Shown here piece after piece: positions 34,152 through 41,532 of a stretch of DNA of 64,000 bases (its first letter is position 1; every line of letters starts with the position of its first letter). Source of the DNA: Acidimicrobiia bacterium (GTDB lineage Bacteria > Actinomycetota > Acidimicrobiia > IMCC26256 > JAMXLJ01). The notes under the pieces were generated by a model. That model was not told where the DNA came from. It was given only the letters and a program-made list of their open reading frames with translations, and did not search any database. The translations under genes and the position numbers were made by a program. The stretch covers positions 196,352 to 260,351 of the forward strand of contig DATBEZ010000003.1 in assembly GCA_036558745.1 (NCBI GenBank). Reading direction: 5' to 3'.

Positions 34152-34784
34152 ATGGCCACGGCGACCACACCCGCGCGGAACCCCGATCGGCCCCGCCCGT
34201 ACCTCCGGGCCGAGGACCGGCGCCGGCACCTCCTCGACGCGGCGGCGCGCCTCTTCGTACGCGAGGGCTACGCGGGAATGACGATGGTGGCGCTCGCGGC
34301 CGAGGCCGGCGTCAGCCGGCGCCTGGTGTACGACCACTTCCCCGACCTCGCCGCGCTCTACGGCGCGTTCTTCGAGGACCGCGCGTCGCGCTACCTCGCG
34401 TCGATCGACCGCGCGATCACCGACGGCCACGGCGACCCCGTCGCCTCGTTCACCGGTGCGTTCGGACACCTGCTCGCGGTGCCGGCCGACGACCAGCGCG
34501 CGATCCGTCTCGTCGTGGCCGACTCCGGCCTGCCCGAGCTCGAACCGGTGCGCGCCGCCTTTCGCGCGCGCGTGGAAGCCCGGTGGCTGCCGTTCTTCAA
34601 CGAGCACATCGACCGCGACTCCGCACGCGCGCTGCTGTGGACGCTCGCGAGCGGCCTCCTCGCGCTCGCTGATCTCGTGGCGCGCGGCGAGATCACGACG
34701 GACGTGGCCATGACACTCGCCCGGGCGCTCGTCGAACAGCTCCCCGGCGTCATCACCGGCGTGAACGCGGCGACCGGCACGTGA
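34152..34784 (+). CDS. TetR-family transcriptional regulator
   Basis: In frame of ORF 33831..34784, starting at ATG 34152. RRRHLLDAAARLFVREGYAGMTMVALAAEAGVSRRLVYDHFPDLAAL. Confidence 0.8.
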   Translation: MATATTPARNPDRPRPYLRAEDRRRHLLDAAARLFVREGYAGMTMVALAAEAGVSRRLVYDHFPDLAALYGAFFEDRASRYLASIDRAITDGHGDPVASFTGAFGHLLAVPADDQRAIRLVVADSGLPELEPVRAAFRARVEARWLPFFNEHIDRDSARALLWTLASGLLALADLVARGEITTDVAMTLARALVEQLPGVITGVNAATGT

Positions 34785-34815
34785 ACTGCTGCACCGCACG
34801 ATCGACAGGAGGACG

Positions 34816-35223
34816 ATGGCGACCTGGCCGACACCCGAGCAGATCGAGGAGTTCCTCGCGGGCCCGCCCGACGAGCCGGTCGTGATGCTGAACATGCTGA
34901 AGTTCAAGGCCGAGGCCGAACCGTCGCACACCGGGATGACCGGCGCCGAGGCCGTGCGCCTCTACTCGGTGCAGATGAAGGAGTTCGTCGAGGCGCGCGG
35001 CGGCACGTTCGTGCTCGCGGCGAACATCGACTCGCAGCTGATCGGCGAGGGTGGTGAGGACTTCGAGTTCGTCGGGATCATGCGCTACCCGTCACGGCGC
35101 CGCTATCTCGAGCTCGCCGGCGATCCCGAGGTCGCGCGCACGATCGGTAGGCATCGCGAGGCCGGGCTCGAGAGTCAGTGGCTGTTCGCGATGACCGAGG
35201 TGACCTCGGAGGTGACGGCATGA
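34816..35223 (+). CDS. DUF1330 domain protein
   Basis: ORF 34816..35223. PVVMLNMLKFKAEA...YSVQMKEFVEARGGTFVLA...FEFVGIMRYPSRRRYLEL. Confidence 0.8.
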   Translation: MATWPTPEQIEEFLAGPPDEPVVMLNMLKFKAEAEPSHTGMTGAEAVRLYSVQMKEFVEARGGTFVLAANIDSQLIGEGGEDFEFVGIMRYPSRRRYLELAGDPEVARTIGRHREAGLESQWLFAMTEVTSEVTA

Positions 35224-35732
35224 GCAGCGCGTGCGACGTCCCGACCGCGCACACGCCTCCCGGCGGGTACGGCGAGGTGATGCCCCCGCCGGTGCTCTCC
35301 GGTTGCGACGAACCGCTCGCCGAGTCGGCACCCGATCTCCGCGGCCTCTGGCGCGCCGTCGACGTGCAGACCGAGGCCGCACCGCTCCCCGCCGACCATC
35401 GGCTGCGGGATCACATCGAGCGCATCGAGCAGGCCGGGAACCGCGTCGTGGTCACCGCGGGCGGCGTCGTGCACGACATGGTCGCCGACGGCACGTTCGA
35501 GAACGGTGTGAACGACGTGATGGCCGCGGACTTCGTCACACCGATCAGCGTCGCGGCGACGTTCGAGCACGAGGCGTTGGTGTTGCGGCCGCGAGGCATG
35601 CCGGGCGTCGAGGTGCGTCGTTGGCGAGAGGGCGAGCAGCTGCTCTGGCGCTACGACACGCAGTTCACGATGCGCATGGAGCGCGTCGACGACGGGGTCC
35701 GGTCCGCGTCGCCCGGGCTCACGACCGACTGA
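35220..35732 (+). CDS. hypothetical protein, ATGA-coupled to the DUF1330 gene
   Basis: In frame of ORF 35178..35732. ATG 35220 overlaps the upstream TGA. Mixed composition (LRGLWRAVDVQTE...VVVTAGGVVHDMVADGTFENGVNDVMA). Confidence 0.6.
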   Translation: MSSACDVPTAHTPPGGYGEVMPPPVLSGCDEPLAESAPDLRGLWRAVDVQTEAAPLPADHRLRDHIERIEQAGNRVVVTAGGVVHDMVADGTFENGVNDVMAADFVTPISVAATFEHEALVLRPRGMPGVEVRRWREGEQLLWRYDTQFTMRMERVDDGVRSASPGLTTD

Positions 35733-35768
35733 GGTCGCGGCGCACAGCCCCCACGCTGAACGGGTCGT

Positions 35769-35951
35769 TCAGCGCTCCGACTCGGACGCGTCGTCGCGCG
35801 CGCCCTCTTCCACGCCCCGCTTGAACTCCTTCGACGCCGCGCCGAGCGACCGGGCCAGCTTCGGGATCTGTGAGCCGCCGAAGAGCAGCGCGACCACGGC
35901 CAGGACGATCAGCAAATCGGGACCGATGATCTCGGCCAGCACGGGATGCAT
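35769..35951 (-). CDS. tatA: twin-arginine translocase subunit TatA/E
   Basis: C-terminal 60 aa of ORF 35769..36314, from ATG 35951: MHPVLAEIIGPDLLIVLAVVALLFGGSQIPKLARSLGAASKEFKRGVEEG is the canonical TatA TM plus amphipathic helix. Confidence 0.85.
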   Translation of the reverse strand: MHPVLAEIIGPDLLIVLAVVALLFGGSQIPKLARSLGAASKEFKRGVEEGARDDASESER

Positions 35952-36133
35952 CTCGATCGGTCTCCCTTGTCCGTGCCGCCGCCGCTCGGCCCTTCCTTTG
36001 TAGCCGCCCACGGGCCGCGGCGGTGCTCGGAGCGGCCAGATTCCTCGGCATTTCCAGGTCCGGGCCCGATCGGGAGCGGGCTCACCCCGCCGTGTCGTCC
36101 GGGCCGGCGAGGGCCTGACCTTCGACGGACGCG

Positions 36134-36415
36134 CTACGAGGTGGCGTCGAGCGAGCTCAAGCCCTGCCGCGCCGCGCGCTCCATGGACGCGACGTCGGTC
36201 GTGGGCGGCAGGCACGACGCGCACATGCAGCCGTCGCCGTCGGTGTGCACACCGGAGAGCGCGAGCTCGACGCCGTTCGACCACGTCGCCAGACAGTTCC
36301 CGGTGACGCACCATTCCTCACGGTCGTCGGGCCCGAACTCCTCCACGTACGCGTAGCGGCGACGCTGCCAGCGACCGCAGCGGGAACAGTGGCCGATGTC
36401 GTCGGGGTGTGCCAT
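36134..36415 (-). CDS. Cys-rich small protein (putative zinc-binding), hypothetical
   Basis: In frame of ORF 36134..36466. ATG 36415 lies 1 nt after the STAS gene stop. Seven Cys, including HCSRC (CxxC), CVTGNC and CMCASC. Confidence 0.55.
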   Translation of the reverse strand: MAHPDDIGHCSRCGRWQRRRYAYVEEFGPDDREEWCVTGNCLATWSNGVELALSGVHTDGDGCMCASCLPPTTDVASMERAARQGLSSLDATS

Positions 36416-36416
36416 C

Positions 36417-36815
36417 TCACGCACTCCATCCCGGACGTCCGATCGCGCTGCGTGGCGCTCGCCCATCGGAGTCGCCCGGCTCGATCAGGTACTGCAACCT
36501 CGTGATCTCGAGCAGGCTCCGCATCGCCGGCGGCGGCGATCGCAACACGATTCGGACTCCGTGCTCTTCCGCCGCGTGATGGGAACGGACCAGCACCGCG
36601 AGACCGCTCGAGTCGCAGAACTCCAGGTCGGTCACGTCGAGCACGACCGTGTCGACGCCCGGGTCGTGGAGCCCGTCCACCACGCCGGCCAGCAGCGGTG
36701 CCGTCGCGAGGTCGAGCTCACCGGCCACAGCGACGACGGTTTCACCATCGGCGCTCGCCACGTCGCAGGAGAGGCCATGGGAGTCCACGTTCGACGGGAA
36801 CCCGACGATCCGCAT
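36417..36815 (-). CDS. STAS-domain anti-sigma-factor antagonist
   Basis: In frame of ORF 36417..36911. ATG 36815 follows GAGGAGG. VVAVAGELDLATAPLL...VVLDVTDLEFCDSSGLAVLV. Confidence 0.8.
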   Translation of the reverse strand: MRIVGFPSNVDSHGLSCDVASADGETVVAVAGELDLATAPLLAGVVDGLHDPGVDTVVLDVTDLEFCDSSGLAVLVRSHHAAEEHGVRIVLRSPPPAMRSLLEITRLQYLIEPGDSDGRAPRSAIGRPGWSA

Positions 36816-36972
36816 CCCCCACCTCCTCGCGGACTGGGCATCGACGCCGGTGACCTCCAGGTCAACACTAGACCTGCCCCGGCCAGGCCAACCAACGGAC
36901 AACGACCGCACAGCGTTTGAAGTGGTCGGAAATTGGCAGGCATGTCGTTGCGCGATCGAACGGGGCGTCGTG

Positions 36973-37791
36973 CTACACGCGGCGGAACCGCATCACCGCG
37001 AGCGCGCCGAAGACGACGACGAGCGCGGCGCTCCACACGATCGCTGAGACCACGTCGTACCCGGGTCCGTGACCGAGCACTTCGTGGGCCCGCCCACCCA
37101 GACACAGGCCGCGAACCGCGTCGACCATCGGGGTGATCGGTTGGTGCTCGGCGAATGCCTGCATCCAACCCGGCATGGTGCGCACCTGCACGTACGCGCT
37201 GGACACGAACGTGAGCGGAAAGACGAGCAACGACATCCCCTGTGCCGCTTGCGCGTTCCCCGCGACGAGACCCAACAGGATGAACAACCACGTGAACGCG
37301 AAGCCGAACAACGCGCACAACGCGAAGGCGGCGATACCGGCCGCGACGCTGCCGTGCAAGCGGAACCCTACGGCGAAGCCGATCGCGACCGTGATCGCGA
37401 GGTTCCAGACGAGCATCTGGCTGTCGGCCAGCGCGCGGCCGGCGAGCACGGCGGCACGCGGGATGGGAAGGCTCCGCAACCGGTCCACGAAGCCCTGCTC
37501 GAGATCCTCGGCGATGCCGGCCGCGGTCGACATGCCGACGAAGAGCACCGACGTGGTCACGAAGCCGGGCACGAGGAAGTCGACGTAGGGCACACCGCCG
37601 CCGTTGATCGCTCCGCCGAAGACGTAGCGGAAGATCAACAGGAACATCGCGCCCTGGATGGTGCCCACGACGACGAGCTGGGGCGTGCGCAAGAACTTGC
37701 GGGTCGTGCGTCGCGCCACCGAGCGTGTCGCCCGCAACATCGACGCACCGCGAGCGGCGCCGCGTGTGACGGGAGTGGTGATCGCGGTCAT
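36973..37791 (-). CDS. ABC-2 type transporter permease (DrrB-like)
   Basis: ORF 36973..37791. FLRTPQLVVVGTIQGAMFLLIFRYVFGGAI plus six TM helices. ATGA overlap with the ATPase gene. Confidence 0.85.
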   Translation of the reverse strand: MTAITTPVTRGAARGASMLRATRSVARRTTRKFLRTPQLVVVGTIQGAMFLLIFRYVFGGAINGGGVPYVDFLVPGFVTTSVLFVGMSTAAGIAEDLEQGFVDRLRSLPIPRAAVLAGRALADSQMLVWNLAITVAIGFAVGFRLHGSVAAGIAAFALCALFGFAFTWLFILLGLVAGNAQAAQGMSLLVFPLTFVSSAYVQVRTMPGWMQAFAEHQPITPMVDAVRGLCLGGRAHEVLGHGPGYDVVSAIVWSAALVVVFGALAVMRFRRV

Positions 37792-38846
37792 GCCGAGGTC
37801 CTTTCGAGCGACGTGACGGCGGAGCCGTCGTGATCGGTGGACGCGACGGCGGAGTCGTCGTGATCGGTGGACGCGACGACGGAGTCGTCGGGATCGTCCC
37901 GGTCGCGGTCGAGCACGCGGCCGGTGAGGGCGAGGAACACCTCGTCGAGCGTGGGCCGGCGCAGACTGATGTCGTCGATGGTCACGCGCTCCTCCTCCAG
38001 CGAACGGGCCGCCGCGGTGAGCCGCTCCGTCCCGGCGTCGACCGGCAACGAGACCCGCCGGGTCGGCGCGTCGACGGTCGGCTCGTCGGCGCCGACGCGC
38101 GCGAGCGCGCGTGCAGCTGCCTCCAGATCCGCGGCGTCGCGCGTGTGCACCTCGATCACGTCTCGGCCGGCGCGGGCCTTGAGCTCACCCGGTGTCCCGT
38201 CCGCGACGACGCGGCCGTGATCGACGATCACGATGCGCGCTGCCAGCTGGTCGGCCTCGTCCAGGTACTGCGTCGTCAGCAGCACGTCAGTCCCGCCCGC
38301 GGCCAGGTCGCGGATCGCATCCCAGAGCTCGAGACGACTACGCGGGTCGAGACCCGTGGTCGGCTCGTCGAGCAGGAGCAGACGCGGCGCGCCGGCGAGG
38401 CTCGCGCCGAGGTCGAGACGTCGCCGCTGCCCACCCGAGTAGGTGCGCGCGAGCCGGTCGGCGACGGCATGCAGGCTCAGTTGCTCGATGACCTGCGCAG
38501 CCCGCGCTCGGGACTGCCGGCGGTCGAGCCCGTAGAGGGTCGCGACCATCTCGAGGTTCTCCCGTCCCGTCATCGCGTCCTCGACCGCGGCGTGCTGCCC
38601 GGCCAGGCCGATGAGCGCACGGACCCGCGGCGCCTCGCGCACGACGTCGCGACCGTCGACGAGCACGGTGCCCGAGTCGGGCCGGAGCAGCGTCGCGAGC
38701 GTGCGCACCAGGGTCGTCTTGCCCGCGCCGTTGGGACCGAGGAGGGCGACGACCTGCCCCGGCTCGATCACGAGGTCGAGGCCGGCCAGGGCTTCGACCT
38801 TCCCGAAGCGCTTGGTCACACCCCGGGCGTCGACGATTGCCGTCAT
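37788..38846 (-). CDS. ABC transporter ATP-binding protein (DrrA/daunorubicin-resistance-like) with a repeat-bearing acidic C-terminal tail
   Basis: ORF 37788..38846. Walker A GPNGAGKTT, signature YSGGQRRRLDL, Walker B LLLLDEPTTGLD. The tail is DDSVVASTDHDDSAVASTDHDGSAV. Confidence 0.9.
   Translation of the reverse strand: MTAIVDARGVTKRFGKVEALAGLDLVIEPGQVVALLGPNGAGKTTLVRTLATLLRPDSGTVLVDGRDVVREAPRVRALIGLAGQHAAVEDAMTGRENLEMVATLYGLDRRQSRARAAQVIEQLSLHAVADRLARTYSGGQRRRLDLGASLAGAPRLLLLDEPTTGLDPRSRLELWDAIRDLAAGGTDVLLTTQYLDEADQLAARIVIVDHGRVVADGTPGELKARAGRDVIEVHTRDAADLEAAARALARVGADEPTVDAPTRRVSLPVDAGTERLTAAARSLEEERVTIDDISLRRPTLDEVFLALTGRVLDRDRDDPDDSVVASTDHDDSAVASTDHDGSAVTSLERTSA
37815..37896. repeat. 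30-bp in-frame tandem repeat (2 full copies plus 1 degenerate) in the 3' end of the ABC ATPase gene
   Basis: GACGGCGGAG(C/T)CGTCGTGATCGGTGGACGC at 37815-37844 and 37845-37874 differ by 1 nt. A degenerate third copy follows. They encode ASTDHD(D/G)SAV decapeptides. Confidence 0.85.
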
Positions 38847-38883
38847 GGTTCCTCCCGATCGAGCGCCGTTCGACTTAGATCAT

Positions 38884-38916
38884 TGCTCGCTCTCGATCAT
38901 TGATCGAGAGCGAGCA
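38884..38916. promoter_or_regulatory. 33-bp perfect palindrome, TetR operator candidate for the DrrAB-like pump
   Basis: TGCTCGCTCTCGATCA-T-TGATCGAGAGCGAGCA (16-bp arms). Lies 38 nt upstream of the ABC ATPase start (38846) and 41 nt upstream of TetR GTG 38957. Confidence 0.7.
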
Positions 38917-38956
38917 CCGTTTTACAATCGCGAGGCACAATCGGTCAAGGGATTTC

Positions 38957-39739
38957 GTGGACGAGGAGCCGACGGTGACGGACGACACTCCGAGCGCGGT
39001 GGTCGAGCCGCCGTGGTGGCGTCCGTCGCGCGCGACGGGTCGCCGTCGGCAGCCGCTGTCGCGCGAGCTCATCATCGAGGCCGCTGTGCGCATCCTCGAC
39101 GCCGAGGGCGCCGACGCGCTGACCGTGCGACGGCTCGGCGAGGAGCTGGACACCGGGTCCGCCACCCTCTACTGGTACGTCGGCAGCAAGGACGAGCTCG
39201 GCGAGCTCGTGTACGACCACGTGATGGGCGAGGTCGAGCTCCCCGAGCCGGACCCCGACCGATGGCAGGACCAGATCAAGCAGCTCGGGCGTCAGGCGTA
39301 CCGCGTGATGCTCCGGCACAACGACGCGGTGCGCCTGTCACTCGGTCGTGTCCCGGTCGGGCCGAACATGCTACGGATCATGGAGTGGAGCCTCGAGCTG
39401 TTCCGCCGCGCGGGCATCGACGAGCGCGCGGCGAGCTTCTTCGGCGACATCTTCGGCCGGTATCTCGACGCGTCCGTGCTCGAGGTGACCGCGCACGGAG
39501 GTCCGCCCGTCGAGCAAGTGGGCGCGTACTTCCAGTCGCTGCCGCCCGACCGCTTTCCGAACGTGGCCGCCTTGGCCGCGACGATGACGGGTGGGGACGA
39601 CGACGAGCGCTTCGAGTTCGGGCTCGATCTGCTCGTGCGCGGGCTCGAGACCTACGTCAGCGAGGAACGGAAGAGCCGGGACGCATCCCCGCGCACCCGC
39701 ACGCGACGATCCTCCGGCCGCGCCGGGTCAGGGCGGTGA
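38957..39739 (+). CDS. TetR-family transcriptional regulator
   Basis: In frame of ORF 38900..39739. TTG 38900 sits inside the operator palindrome, so GTG 38957 is preferred. LSRELIIEAAVRILDAEGADALTVRRLGEELDTGSATLYWYVGSKDEL. Confidence 0.8.
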   Translation: MDEEPTVTDDTPSAVVEPPWWRPSRATGRRRQPLSRELIIEAAVRILDAEGADALTVRRLGEELDTGSATLYWYVGSKDELGELVYDHVMGEVELPEPDPDRWQDQIKQLGRQAYRVMLRHNDAVRLSLGRVPVGPNMLRIMEWSLELFRRAGIDERAASFFGDIFGRYLDASVLEVTAHGGPPVEQVGAYFQSLPPDRFPNVAALAATMTGGDDDERFEFGLDLLVRGLETYVSEERKSRDASPRTRTRRSSGRAGSGR

Positions 39740-39934
39740 CTCGCTCACGCACTGCACGTCGACGAGGAGCAGACCCAGATCCCGGATCTTCTCGAGCGCG
39801 CGATGCAGCGTCGCCTGGTCCTGCACCTGGGCCCGCAACACCGTCTCGGTCGAGACCTCGAACCCGTCGAACGCCTGCGCGAGCCGGTCACCGATGTGAC
39901 CCTTGATGCGGATCTCGTACGCAGCGCCGGTCAT
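39728..39934 (-). CDS. small (68 aa) hypothetical protein, paralog 2 of a tandem pair
   Basis: In frame of ORF 39728..40009. ATG 39934 overlaps the upstream TGA (ATGA). MTGAAYEIRIKGHIGDRLAQAFDGFEVSTETVLRAQVQDQATLHRALEKIRDLGLLLVDV. Confidence 0.65.
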   Translation of the reverse strand: MTGAAYEIRIKGHIGDRLAQAFDGFEVSTETVLRAQVQDQATLHRALEKIRDLGLLLVDVQCVSESPP

Positions 39935-40152
39935 GGCGCACCGTCCGCAGGCGACGCGATCCCCGCACGGCGGACGTCGAGCAGCTCGAAGCCGTGCTCG
40001 TCGATCCACGCGAGGAGGCCGTGCAACGCGGCCTGATCGGCCAGCACGGCTCGAACGACGCTCTCGGTCCGCACGCTCGCGCCGTCGAAGAGATCCTCGA
40101 TCGGAGCGGGAACCGAACCCTTGACACGAACTTCGTACACGGCGCCGGGCAT
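39931..40152 (-). CDS. small (73 aa) hypothetical protein, paralog 1 of a tandem pair
   Basis: ORF 39931..40152. MPGAVYEVRVKGSVPAPIEDLFDGASVRTESVVRAVLADQAALHGLLAWIDEHGFELLDV. Aligns with the 68-aa neighbour along its whole length (YE[IV]R[IV]KG...FDG..V.TE.V.RA...DQA.LH..L..I...G..L.DV). Confidence 0.65.
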   Translation of the reverse strand: MPGAVYEVRVKGSVPAPIEDLFDGASVRTESVVRAVLADQAALHGLLAWIDEHGFELLDVRRAGIASPADGAP

Positions 40153-40187
40153 CTCGATCGCGACCCCTCGATCAGCCGAACCATCTG

Positions 40188-40754
40188 TCAGGATCGGCGG
40201 GAGAGGCGTGTGAGGTCGTCACCTCCATCGGATGATCCGACGGTGATGCGGGGTGATTCTTGCGTGACGAAACGACTCTCGAGCTCGACCCCGTGGACCC
40301 GCCAGTCGTAGACGACCCTGGTTCGGGCGAGCATGTCCGCCCAGCCCCGCCGCTTCGGGTCGAGCGCGACCCAGAGGAACCCGAGCCCGAAGGCCGCGGT
40401 CGAGAGTCCGTAGCCGACCAGGCGGACGAGGGCCCGCGCCCAGCCGACCCGCCCGCCGCTGCGGGCGACGACCCGGAGCCCGAGCACGGCCTTGCCGACG
40501 GTCTTCCCGAACCACCACCACGCGATCCAGAAGTAGAGGAGCGTCCAGGCTCCCAGCAGGATCGGCACGAGCCACGTCGGGATGGCGGCGACGTCGAGCT
40601 GACGGACGCGCAGCACCTGCACCGTCAGCGTTCCGAGCGCGAGCCCGCCATAGAAGGTCGCCGCGATCGCGAGCACATCGATCGTCATCGCGGCCGCCCG
40701 ACTGACGAAACCTGCCGTCGCGCCGGGGCCGCCCGGTGCAACCGGTGACCTCAC
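40188..40754 (-). CDS. RDD-family membrane protein
   Basis: C-terminal part of ORF 40188..41468. GTG 40754 overlaps the upstream TGA (GTGA). AGFVSRAAAMTIDVLAIA...WWWFGKTVGKAVLGLRVV...DPKRRGWADMLARTRVV is the RDD pattern. Confidence 0.8.
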   Translation of the reverse strand: MRSPVAPGGPGATAGFVSRAAAMTIDVLAIAATFYGGLALGTLTVQVLRVRQLDVAAIPTWLVPILLGAWTLLYFWIAWWWFGKTVGKAVLGLRVVARSGGRVGWARALVRLVGYGLSTAAFGLGFLWVALDPKRRGWADMLARTRVVYDWRVHGVELESRFVTQESPRITVGSSDGGDDLTRLSRRS

Positions 40755-41449
40755 CCGGGGGCCGCCGGCACGATCGCGGCACCGTCGGGCGGAACGCGAC
40801 GCTGGGCGCCGCGTCGGCGGAGCGGTGCGAGGATCCGGTCGACGAGCGTGTCGGCGTCGGCGGCGCGGGAACGCGCGACGTCGAGCACCCGGCCCGTCAC
40901 CGTCTCGGTCGACGAGACGATGATGTCGGTGAGCTCGAGACTGGCGATGATGTCGTCGAGCGGCAGCTGCTCGACGACATGGCCCACGTCGAAGCGGTCG
41001 ACGATCACGTCCGTCATCAGGGTCATCGCGTTCACGAGCGTCGCCGCCGCCACGGCCTGACTCCGCTCGCGCTCCGCGGCACCGGCGGCGCGCCACGCCG
41101 CGACCCGCCGGGATACCGGCGCGCGGACGATGACGGGCGTCACCGCGACGATGGTGGTCGGGACGCGCGCGACGGCGCCGGCCGCGGTGCGCGCGACGGT
41201 CGTGAGCGCGCCCGACGGGGGCCGGGCCGCGCCGTCGGTCGGGGGCGCGCCGCCTGTCGTCCCGTCGGGCGCGCCGACGGCCGCGGCACCGTCGAGCAGG
41301 CGCCCCAGGCCGCTTCCCGCGAGGAGGACCGTCCCGAGCGCGACGCGGGTCGCCGCGACGAGGCGCGCGCCGGTCCCGCTCGTCGGCGTCGTATCGGCGG
41401 CGCCGTCCCCTGTGGACAGCGCTTCCCGCGGAGGCCCGTCGGGCTGCAC
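40751..41449 (-). CDS. hypothetical protein with an Ala/Gly/Thr-rich N-terminal half and a conserved-looking acidic C-terminal half
   Basis: ORF 40751..41449 (GTG start). C-terminal VNAMTLMTDVIVDRFDVGHVVEQLPLDDIIASLELTDIIVSSTETVTGRVLDVARSRA looks like real protein. The N-terminal extent is uncertain. Confidence 0.55.
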   Translation of the reverse strand: MQPDGPPREALSTGDGAADTTPTSGTGARLVAATRVALGTVLLAGSGLGRLLDGAAAVGAPDGTTGGAPPTDGAARPPSGALTTVARTAAGAVARVPTTIVAVTPVIVRAPVSRRVAAWRAAGAAERERSQAVAAATLVNAMTLMTDVIVDRFDVGHVVEQLPLDDIIASLELTDIIVSSTETVTGRVLDVARSRAADADTLVDRILAPLRRRGAQRRVPPDGAAIVPAAPG

Positions 41450-41483
41450 GGGCAGAGCATCCCGCCACCCGCTCAGGGGCGCC

Positions 41484-41500
41484 TCACCCGTTCCGGGTGA
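41484..41500. promoter_or_regulatory. palindrome copy 1: TCACCCgttccGGGTGA
   Basis: Perfect 6+6 arms. Lies 33 nt after the LAL-1 stop and 35 nt upstream of the 232-aa/RDD/small-paralog operon start. Confidence 0.6.
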
Positions 41501-41532
41501 TGCCGCGACCCGCCTCGGGGACCGGCACCGGC

